Of a DNA stretch of 64,000 bases, positions 24,136 to 34,471 are shown piece after piece. The stretch lies in assembly GCA_024704765.1 (NCBI GenBank), contig JAKMXF010000332.1, positions 1,047,080-1,111,079 on the forward strand, given 5' to 3'. Made by a program: the position numbers and the translations under genes. The notes beneath the pieces were generated by a model that did no database searches, was not told where the DNA came from, and saw nothing but the letters and a program-made list of their open reading frames with translations. The stretch's first letter is position 1. Every line of letters begins with the position of its first letter. This DNA comes from Oopsacas minuta. Lineage: Eukaryota; Animalia; Porifera.

Positions 24136-27100
24136 GCCTGACGAACACATCTTTAACGTTGTCCTCAAAGCTAAATTTTCTTGAGAGTCTCTCACGGTAC
24201 AGCCTGACCAATTTATTACAAGATTCAAGGCCTTCTTCAGACAAATCTTCTAAGCCAAACCCCTCATTGTGATCTGCAATTCTTTGTGGTGCATGGGCTA
24301 GAAGTTTATGTAAAGTAGGGGTTACATGTCCCTGAAAAATTGATTAAAATGGATTCGTAAGTCTCTCGGCATACATTATCAAGGCCTTCAGTATCCACTT
24401 TCCTGTTGCTATTATACAATCTCAGGATAGCACTCAAATTATTAAAGATTGTAGTGACAACTTGATGTGTATCTTGAGGAACAACCGTCAATACTCAATA
24501 GAGAAAATCTTGCGCAGTATTATCGCCACGTGTGAAGCATCTCCGAACAATATTTCCAGTTGTGGTGGTTCCTCCTTGGACTGATGGTGTGTCAATGGAT
24601 ATACTAACATTTTCTTCAATAAGGCTAGTAATAAATTTCTTGGCCCCAAGAATTATTGGCGAAGTTGGTGACCATTTTTGAATAGCACCACACTGTAAAT
24701 GGCAAATCAATAATAGGAACCAACTAAATGTTCTCAGTATGCATGTAGAGGAGAAGCTGATATGATGTCTTTTTCTGAGATCGGTTTGTGTGTTAAATTG
24801 AATCTTTGATTTGTTGGCAAAGACAAAAATACTTCCTCATCAACCTCATCAAATACATCACGTGCATCACGGATAGTCCTATTTATGGGAAAGCCATTTT
24901 GAACTATGCTAATATCGTGTATCTGTTGGAACGTTGCAGTACACATTTGACAATTAGCACCACCAGCACCGCTTAAGATTTTTGCCATCTTTGTATCGAA
25001 ATGAGATCTAATGATCTTGACCTCTGCATTTCCGTTGTGTAAACACAAACCACTCTCTTCGATAGTTGAAGTTTCGTTATTTATTAATGAGTCCATCAAA
25101 AACTTGACACTCTCTTCATTTTCTGGTAGGGCTAAGAGGGCAACTGGTCGAGTGCAAAATGGCGAATTCGGATGATGAGGTTTCCATAGGATATGATCAT
25201 TTGCATTTATGATTGAGTTAACCTTGAAACCAAATAAAATGAAGGTTTTAGTCGAGAGGTCAGGGTTAGATATAGCTTGCTGGTAAACTCGATGACACCC
25301 AGATCCATCTAAGCCATCGGATACTCGAACTTTCAGCGGATAGACAAGGGTATCAGGACTTAAGTTAGATACAATTCGTTCAACTGTATGGGTGAGTAGT
25401 CTGGTGTAAGAAATACCTACTCGACATGGAAATTCTCTATGAATTATACGCACCTCATCCAGCAAATTAATTTGAGCCCGATGTTTAGCTACACTATGTA
25501 GCCTGGTAACTTGAGATCTTCAGATAGTAACGTACGCCGAAGTTCTAAATACTTTGTTTTACCGATCTCAAGCGAATCGAAAAGAAAGGCAGATTTATCA
25601 AGTGATAATTGTGGGTAGATAGGAGATGAGTTTCCCTTCTCGAGTATCTCTTTACAAACATTGGCACTATTCATGTCCTGCTCCTCATTGCAACAAAGTA
25701 GTAAGAGATAAGTTGCAAGAGTCTTTGGAGTTACATGCTCGTTTTCAGCGACTGATTCGAGGTGAGACTTAAGAGAAGAGAGCCGATTTCTCAAACCTTT
25801 GGTCGTTAAGTCAGCGAGCGATTTCTTTTTTGAAAGATTAAAGTCTTCTTCAAAGTTAATGGTTAATGAAGAAGAGGCACTTAACCTAGGCTCCTTTGGC
25901 AGAGGACAGAAGCAGATGGAATTCCAAGTATCAAGGCCCGAATATTTATGAAAAGAGGCTCTCTTTTTGAATATCATTGAACTTCAGAAGAAAGAAATTT
26001 GTTGATCTGGATCAAAACCATAAGTTGAAATATATTGGTCTGCGATTGAACGTGTGCTAAGTGATTTATGCTCACAATAAACCTGAAAAGCTTGAAGGTT
26101 GTTCATTTTCTAGGTAATTAATATATTATTTATTAACAATATTTTAAATGCAGAGCAAAAAGTAAGATTATATATATGCATGTTTGTTTTATAAGCTTAT
26201 AATATACATTCTGAAATCTAAGAATTAAGGAACTTTTGACGAAACTTTTTCTCTCAGTAGAAAAGTGTTGATTTTAAAAAGAATCTTTGTAAAAATACGT
26301 GATGAGAACATTTATTTATATTAATTACAAGCTGAAATTTGTAATTGCAAGCATAAAATTGTGAATAAATTTACGTTTTGATTATATCGCCAAGCAACCA
26401 TAATATTTATATAAATTTTGAAAAGAGAATTTTTTAAAATACTAGATCAATTCAAAAGTTCATGTGATTGAAACTATATTTGTGCGAATTTTCGGGAACC
26501 TGGAAATAGTTGTATTTTATATAGAATTAAAAATGCTATATTATACAACTCAGAAGACAACTTGACAGAACGCGATAGATGAAGTTATGAGACTTCGAAG
26601 TTGAGTGACGATAGGAATATCTAACAGAAAATTTATCAAATTATTTGAGCTATTTTAAGGATTTATTATTTGAAATCCGCTTACATAATCACTATAATAA
26701 GAGAGTAGTCGAAAATGCAATGGAATGAAGTCTTTGGAATGTATTACTTGCTTAGATACTGGAATTTAAGTTCATTGATATAAATGGTTATCTGTGGTTT
26801 TCAAGAATAATTTCTGAGCAAGAAATTGTAATGCTTATATACATTCCAGTTGTTCCTAAACTAAATGATGGATCATAACAATTTTAGACATTTCAAGTAA
26901 TTGGATATTTCTCTATCCAATGAACTTTAAATGGTTACTAAATATCGGATTGAAATTTTGGCCAATTTCCAGGGGGTGTGCCACTGTGTGTCTAATGCAT
27001 GTAAAAATATTCAAAAAATTCAACATTTGGGAACATTGAATTTCTAACATTTTAAATAGCTGCTGCAAAGTGATCGCCGCTATGTCCCCAAGCTGTAAAC

Positions 27101-27999
27101 CCTTCAAATCACATCGAAATAAGATTTCGCTAGCATCGCAAGAATGTGTCCGGAATGTAATACATTCCATTTCCTAATTGAATCCTAACCAAATAGAGTT
27201 ACCTCTCTTTAGACGCGGTTATATGTCCACCTTCTAAATGCTCTTCAAACACGATTTTACTGGTTCGGGCCTTGTAACCTAAAATTTTCTCATAGGTTTT
27301 CACGTATTTCTTACAGATACATAAGGTCATCGTCTGTTTTTGCCAGAAATTTGTATAATAATTTGCAAAAAATATTTCGTTAAGATATATATCAGGTTAT
27401 TTAACCAAGTTTTACATGTTAATGTCATGTATAATTTGTTGCTTTAAATTGTCTATAACTAAATACGATGGCTAGTTACTTAAATATTCCTCTTTCGAAT
27501 GATGAATCTTCCATTGTCTATAAGCAAGTACTAATTTTCCATAATGCACAGAGGATAGTAGCATCCATTTCAGTCTTTTCTGGTCAGGTCTGGTTCGGGT
27601 CGAGATCCTGAAATTTAATCGGGTTCGAGTTCGATGTTGAACAGTTTGAATTTTCCAGTTGCATACTGTTATTTATAATTTTGTTAAAATTATTAATTGA
27701 CAATCTAGAAAGATTATATTGTTACAGAAGGATCAATTTCTCAAATGAACTCACTTCAAGGAATGTGATTGCATTATAAGAACATTTGAAGTTGAATTAT
27801 TTTCGACCAATAATGTAAGAACATACAGTCGAGACAAATTTTTACTCGGTTTTTCTGACTATTTATTAGTTTTCAAGGAATGTGGGATTTGCATACATTT
27901 CCACCAGTTTTCCTTACTAAATTTTCCTTCAAAAAGAAATTGTATGAGGGGACAACTTTACTTATATTTATAATACAAAACTATCTAATGAATGGACTA

Positions 28000-28990
28000 T
28001 TATAATTCAACACTAACGCGCTTCGCTTGTTAGGTCACTAAGTCATAGCTTAGTGCCTCATTTAAGCTTAAGTATTTCACAACTAATTTTCTTTCTACTT
28101 TGGTCGCTACGCGACGGAATATACTTGGCACTTTGTGTCTCGAATGTATGAAATAGCAAAAATTTTTATTTTTTCCATAGTTCAGCCAAATTCCATTTAA
28201 TGCCCTTCCGCTGTAATACTGGGAGTAACACGTGGCTTTTGGTTAGTTTCGAATTTCCGAGAAGGTGACCATGATGTCTTAATTTCGTCATTGGTGTGAA
28301 TTTTTGCCCGAGCCAGGCTGGAAATACCCCTTATGCCAAATGATCCCCATAAATACACACACATACACAATTACACATAGATTAATTGCGTTTAAATGGT
28401 ATACTAGTGCACTTCGCTTTATAGGTACGTTCGTGTGACGGGCGGAACTATCCTTGATTTCTGTCCCTTACTTTAGCATAAGTATGGAGGGCTACATATG
28501 TTTGTACTTTTGGAACGCTACTCGGGATATACTCGCCACTACCTGCCTCGAAGTTAATTTTTGTGGGAATTTTAATTTTAATTTTAATTATTTATGGTCC
28601 ATCCGAATTCCATTTAATGGCCTTCTGTGGTAATATTGGAGCTCTTAGGTCGCTTTGGTTGGTAGCCTCGGCACTTCGTACCTCGTGTATTAATAAATTC
28701 TCAAACTTTTCGAAATTTGGACAGTCTCAATTTATGCACAGTCATGATGAGGTAATTATTTCATGATCGATTTGCGATTGTTCGAATCGATGGACATCAT
28801 TATTGACATTATATTTTGCATAATATGGGATACCTGTGATTCGAACTTTAAACTTCTATCATTTATATTGGCTGAGCAGTGTTCGAGAATCCAAAAGGTG
28901 ATGTCATAATTTCGTCATAGATGTGAATTTTCGTCCAAGACTAGAACTTGTCCGAGCCAGGCCCAAATTACCTCTGTATGCCAAAATTAT
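28000..28990. repeat. Two adjacent copies of a dispersed repeat family also present at 57440-58085
   Basis: Shared blocks tggt(c/t)g(c/g)tac..cttcgt(a/g)cctcgtgt..taata and gtgac..gtcataatttcgtcat..gaatttt..ccgagccag at 28264-28345, 28897-28990 and 57989-58085. Confidence 0.7.
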
Positions 28991-29127
28991 GACAAAAACC
29001 GAAAGATAGTATCTATCTATAAGAAATACGTGAAATACTGATCAGAAAAATAGCTCGCGGGAGCCAATCTGGTAAAATCGTTTTAACGATCGTCTAGACT
29101 TTAGAGGGTTGATATGTATATAACTAG

Positions 29128-32100
29128 TAGGCCGGATCGAGAAAAGTATAAATCGTTGGTTCGACTTCTACCTAAGGGAAAAGTTGCCTTTACCATTTTC
29201 TAGGAAAATGCGAGACTTAAATTTGAAAAATATTTCGATTTGACCCTTGCGGTTTTATATTTTTGCTGTGTCACTTTCGCAAAATTGATTTTATATTGTC
29301 CGAATTTTCAAATTCCTTTGACTTAGCCCCTTTATATATATTATTTGGTAATAGTAAGTCGCATATTTGCTATTGAATGGTATATTAATCGAATTTTATG
29401 TCCAAGGATACTCGAGTTATCAAGATTTCTTTTGCATATTCTATCATACCCTAATATTATTACCCACCCCCCCTTTTTTTCCGATTATTTGAAAATTATT
29501 AGCTTTTTTATCTATCGTGGTATGTGATTCAATTATGTTATATCAAGTATATTTAACATGCATAATCTTTCTTTGACTCAAATGCGGGCATTTTTTCTCT
29601 TGATGTTAGGGTTGAAAGAATTAATCCATGTCTCGCATCTTCTCCTGTTACTGAACACGAACTTTTAGTGACTAATTGAATAGTTCTTTCAACAGCTTGT
29701 GTATGACATGGATATGCTGGAATTTCTAGTGGAGTACGTACACAATTAATTAGTACTTCTTTTGAGAGGTATCTTGTAAAAGGCGGTTCTGTGATAAAAG
29801 AGGTTTCCCAATCAATCATATCCACATATGTTTCAGCAGTGAACCTAATTGAAGGAAGATTAAATGGGCGAATTTCAATCGGTCTAAATGATGAACTGTT
29901 AATTCGGATATCTAAAATAGTCTTCACTGCCTTTTGTCTAATTTGTTCATCATTATCTGCAAGCATCGATAACAGGAGATTTTCTGGATGACAAAAATAT
30001 GAGTTTCTCTGTATCACATCGCAAATTACTTCTTGGTCAGACTCCGGTAGATCTCGTAGCAAAGATATCGCAAAAAACATATTTTTAGGTCCATCTGTGC
30101 AAATCGGGTTGCTCTTGATTCTAAACCAAACTGGTGCATAATAATTGACAAGTCGAGATAATTCAGGTGTGGGATGTATCGTAGAAATGTACGACCTAAG
30201 TAATCTGTTGGCCAGTGTTGTCCATCTAGCATGATGTAAAGGACCAGGTTGCATCGATGCCAGTTCAGATGAGCAAATACCAGTCTGAACTGCATGGCAG
30301 ATATTATATAGATATTTCTGATCTTTATTTAAATTCTTGAGACTATCGCAATCAATAAGTTGAGTTTTACCGCATAAAGGATGATACGCTGCAATTGGTT
30401 TGCAAGTAAAATCACAATTAAGTTCTTTACCAATTACTCCTTTAAAAGAATTGGGTCCACTGGTTTTTCCATCTATTATTTGAAAGAGATGCCTCAATGG
30501 AAGTTCATTACCATGTAATTGGCAAATAAACCAGTGGAGTGGTTTTGTGAACTCTAGTTCAGGTAATCTAATACACCCATTGTAGATTCCAGTGTTAACA
30601 CGAGCTCCATCAGCTCCAACCGCCATTAAATTTGAATTACGCTCCCTGCAAAGATCAGTCAATTCCTTTGCTATATCTTTGGCTTTACCAGAACTTGGTG
30701 TTATATGGGCAACATACTGATTCCCCGGTTCAGATAAGACAGTATAATGTTCTTCATTTGCAGTATCCTGATGCAAATGTCCATCTTCTCTTTCTACCAG
30801 TACTCGAGTTTGATCTTTACGGCCATCAAAATATATTGCAGATATATCATTGATAGTTTCGTGAGCCTCATTAGCCAATTCCTTTCTCACAGAGAATCTA
30901 GATCTACGGACTTTGTTTCTATCAATAATTTGACTATCTTCTTCCTGTGTGATAATACCGTAATCCTGCAGTACTGCGTTAGCTATAGCTGCGCCTGCCC
31001 GATCGCTAATTTGATATCTATCACACATTATGGCTAAATTTCGTAATTGATTATGATTACGTGTATACTTGTGAGTATTAGATGTACTCGAGTCAAAAGA
31101 TTCAAACTCTTCAAAGTCACATTCTATAAATTCTTGCGAAGGTTGAACTGCATGTAATCTCTTCATTTCCCTTTCTTCTCTTTCATATTGTGCCTCTTTT
31201 CTTTTTTGTTTAACAAAATTTTTAGAGGTTGTCATGCAATCCAAGCTGGATATAAATAATTTTCGAGCGTTTCGCTGATCAAAGAGAAATGGCCACTCAC
31301 GGCGTGGTATCTTTTTATCGAGAGAGCAAAAACATTTACCTTCCTGAATTAGGCATTTGCAACTTGAGACATCGAACAAGACATTGAGTTCGGAAATAAT
31401 AGGCTGTATACGGTCAGGTTGTTGCTTGTTTTGGATACTTTTTCCGTAGTATTTAGCTTTCTCAATAATATCAGAATTGATGTACTGTTTTATTTTGAGC
31501 TCTGATATAGTGGGTATGGAAGCCAAATTATAGATACGCACTAATACTTCAGTTAGTTCTTTCGCTATATCATCTCTAGTTGATTTAGAATCTTCATTTC
31601 TAAGCATTCTATAATGATTGTATAGATCTAGTTTTGTTGGAAGTTGATTTTCTGGAATGGGTCCTGGATAGCCAAAAATAGGATGAAATACTTTACTACG
31701 CGTGTTTTCTGCCATTTCAAAAATAAATATATTTTAGGAATATAATCACTCAATAATATGAATGATTTGATCGAGCATTGATATAGATACTATAATTGAC
31801 CATAAATTCTATGCTAGATAAATGGTAACTAAGTTAGAACAAGAGATAAGGAATGTTGGTAAAATTTCTTTGTGGTAACCTATTGAGGAATTTGGATCTA
31901 GATAAAGAAATATACTAAGTTTGGTGATTATATAAAATTTTACTAAGAATATAGAATTTTCAAATAATCGGAAAAAAAGGGGGGTGGGTAATAATATTAG
32001 GGTATGATAGAATATGCAAAAGAAATCTTGATAACTTGAGTATCCTTGGACATAGAAATTCGATTAATATACCATTCAATAGCAAATATGCGACTTACTA

Positions 32101-32324
32101 TTACCAAATAATATATATAAAGGGGCTAAGTCAAAGGAATTTGAAAATTCGGACAATATAAAATCAATTTTGCGAAAGTGACACAGCAAAAATATAAAAC
32201 CGCAAGGGTCAAATCGAAATATTTTTCAAATTTAAGTCTCGCATTTTCCTAGAAAATGGTAAAGGCAACTTTTCCCTTAGGTAGAAGTTGAACCGACGAT
32301 TTATACTTTTCTCGATCCGGCCTA
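29128..32324 (-). mobile_element. hAT-superfamily (hATm-like) transposon with ~370-bp TIRs and 8-bp TSD
   Basis: TIRs 29128-29497 and 31955-32324 begin TAGGCCGGATCGAG, with only a few differences seen. TSD ATAACTAG at 29120-29127 and 32325-32332. Confidence 0.93.
29553..31715 (-). CDS. Intact-looking 720-aa hATm-like DDE transposase
   Basis: Uninterrupted ORF with FDGRKD, GADGARVNTG, CQLH (CxxH), HARW and PCHTQAVER, lying between the TIRs. Confidence 0.88.
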   Translation of the reverse strand: MAENTRSKVFHPIFGYPGPIPENQLPTKLDLYNHYRMLRNEDSKSTRDDIAKELTEVLVRIYNLASIPTISELKIKQYINSDIIEKAKYYGKSIQNKQQPDRIQPIISELNVLFDVSSCKCLIQEGKCFCSLDKKIPRREWPFLFDQRNARKLFISSLDCMTTSKNFVKQKRKEAQYEREEREMKRLHAVQPSQEFIECDFEEFESFDSSTSNTHKYTRNHNQLRNLAIMCDRYQISDRAGAAIANAVLQDYGIITQEEDSQIIDRNKVRRSRFSVRKELANEAHETINDISAIYFDGRKDQTRVLVEREDGHLHQDTANEEHYTVLSEPGNQYVAHITPSSGKAKDIAKELTDLCRERNSNLMAVGADGARVNTGIYNGCIRLPELEFTKPLHWFICQLHGNELPLRHLFQIIDGKTSGPNSFKGVIGKELNCDFTCKPIAAYHPLCGKTQLIDCDSLKNLNKDQKYLYNICHAVQTGICSSELASMQPGPLHHARWTTLANRLLRSYISTIHPTPELSRLVNYYAPVWFRIKSNPICTDGPKNMFFAISLLRDLPESDQEVICDVIQRNSYFCHPENLLLSMLADNDEQIRQKAVKTILDIRINSSSFRPIEIRPFNLPSIRFTAETYVDMIDWETSFITEPPFTRYLSKEVLINCVRTPLEIPAYPCHTQAVERTIQLVTKSSCSVTGEDARHGLILSTLTSREKMPAFESKKDYAC

Positions 32325-34471
32325 ATAACTAGGCTCAGCTCGCTTAGCAGCGTCGAAAGAGCGGTTACTCTTTCGGTCAGGACACAATTTCAGAATTGGA
32401 TGTTACATTCTTGACCCATTCCTGCGTTGCTAATGAAAGGGTCAAGTGAGCATTCTAATTGTTGGAAATTTCATTCAAGTACGAATCTGGTTGTTGTAAG
32501 TTGACTCGAGGATGCAGTGGCGATTCCATAACTGTAGCTGTTGAAAATTCCAGAGAACACTGTTTCCCAGGCCATTTTCTGGTTGCACTTCGCGTACCCA
32601 GGTATGCATGATTTTGGGAAATATTTATGAGCGTGCTCGAAATCTGACCATTATCAGGAGGAAAGGCTAGGCCCCTTGAGCCTCAAGCCAATGGTGGGCT
32701 GTCCCCCTCGTGATTCCCCACAATTACTTTGTTTATACTCAGTTCAGGCAACAGTACTGTAACCTCAGCCAATTTTATATCTTAGTGCTAATTTTGTACT
32801 TTAGTTTTGTTATGATTCATTACAATATTCTAAGATTGCTATTAGAATGCTATATAATTTGTTGGCCTACACTTAGAGAATAATTATCTAGATAATCCAC
32901 ATAATTTTATGAAGCTCTCGCCACTTGGGAATAATCTTTGTCGCCAATGATACTACTATCGATTTATAATTGTAGAAATATAATTGAGTACCCATGATTT
33001 ATATATTGTAAAAACTTGGTCAATATTATAAGAGAAATATGAGCTGAATTTTCGTAAATTCTCTAGACCTTCCCTGTATTTATAGAATAACAAAAAAAGT
33101 ACGTAATTGTATATGAAACGTAATTAAGAATTATAGTTCTCATTGTATAATTTATTCTAAGAAAAATTCTTAGGATTCGTGTATAATTCTAAATTTTCGA
33201 ATTCTTAACGATTCTAATTAAAGTGACGTAATTACAGTCTATTATTAGCGCCTAAGGAAGTTACAATAATCCGCAACTAATGACTATTACTAACCATATG
33301 TATACACTTTGGTGCCTAATTTAAACCGAATCTCGAATCCTCGAATAGAACAGGTATCTTTGAATATTCATCTCAGAACAATCATAATCTTTGTTTATAT
33401 ACAAATTCAGCTGCTTATAACATTATTGAAACATTTTTTATTTCTTTTCCTACCAAGAGTATTAGCATTAATCAAGAACATTTGGTGTAACACTATATAC
33501 TTATTGAATGAACAAATATAATGGTATACTATTCATTTTACATTTCATAACACATTTTCTAATAGAGGTAATAAGCTATTAACTCATCCAAGGCCAAATA
33601 TCAAGAATTTTATTGAATTATAGACTCATACTTCCTTTCCTTCTTTAGCAATCTTTGTTAATTATGTAGTTTCTTGCTGTTCCTTAATAGTATTAGCTGT
33701 AAAGTGATAATTGGATATTAGTCTGCCTATCGCATTGCCTTATTAGGAAAGTCGAATTAAATTCCGCAGTAGTTCTTAAACTTATCTTTTAAGTTTTAGT
33801 ATAGTTTCATATTCTATATTCTTATCCATAGTCCTAATATTGAATTATTACATTTTCTAAGGCTATGAGTGTACGTAATTTTTTCTTCATAACTCTCTTT
33901 ATTACGTATTATGCAGCCATATGTACTAGGACCCGTGACCTAAGTAACATAATGAATTGCGCAGCATGACTTACTTAAATTATACGGCTGAGTATGTCAC
34001 CGAGAAGTCCAACAGGAAATATGTTTTTGTCATATATCTCGAATATTATGTATTTAGAGTTCGGGTATGTATTAATGACTTTTGGGATTATGATATCGAA
34101 GTATGCATTTTAATTGTATAAAATATGATTTCTTATCATGCTGTTTTACAAGAGTTATTTTTAATGAAAATTCAGCTTTGGAACTGTTTAAACCATGTTC
34201 TCATTGTTTTTAGTGCTCGTCAGTTGTATATAATCGCAAAGGCGAATAGTTTATTTGAAAATAATGGTTCATGTGAATGGAATTGAGCACATTCCTATGT
34301 TGCTAAGGAAATCTTTTTCCTTTTGTTAAGCTATAACTAAAAAAATTTGAGTGTTATGCCTTTAACCTTAATGCAAGTAAGCCGTAATGGTCACCTTCTT
34401 ATTCACTATTATTATAGTTCATTTTGTTTTTACCTTTTAGATATTTTATATTTGCTATATAGATTGTAGTC

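Larger units (their letters stand above)
20601..26106 (-). pseudogene. RAG1-like/Transib transposase; coding 26106-24136 plus 20731-20601, interrupted by the P element, frameshifts and stops
   Basis: NBD-like SLADLTTKGLRNRLSSLKSHL, then SDGLDGSG, NSPFCTRPVALL, HFDTK, CQMC, SPLHAY, TPTLHKLLAH, SEEGLESCNK, and (after removing P) DVFVRLISQSDPIL. These correspond to RAG1 D600/D708/E962 and the C2H2 zinc ligands. Confidence 0.88.
20267..26988 (-). mobile_element. Transib/RAG1-like transposon with RSS-heptamer termini, containing a nested P element
   Basis: Both ends read CACAGTGGCAC. 5-bp TSD TGTCT at 20262-20266 and 26989-26993. Contains a RAG1-core-like ORF. Confidence 0.92.
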
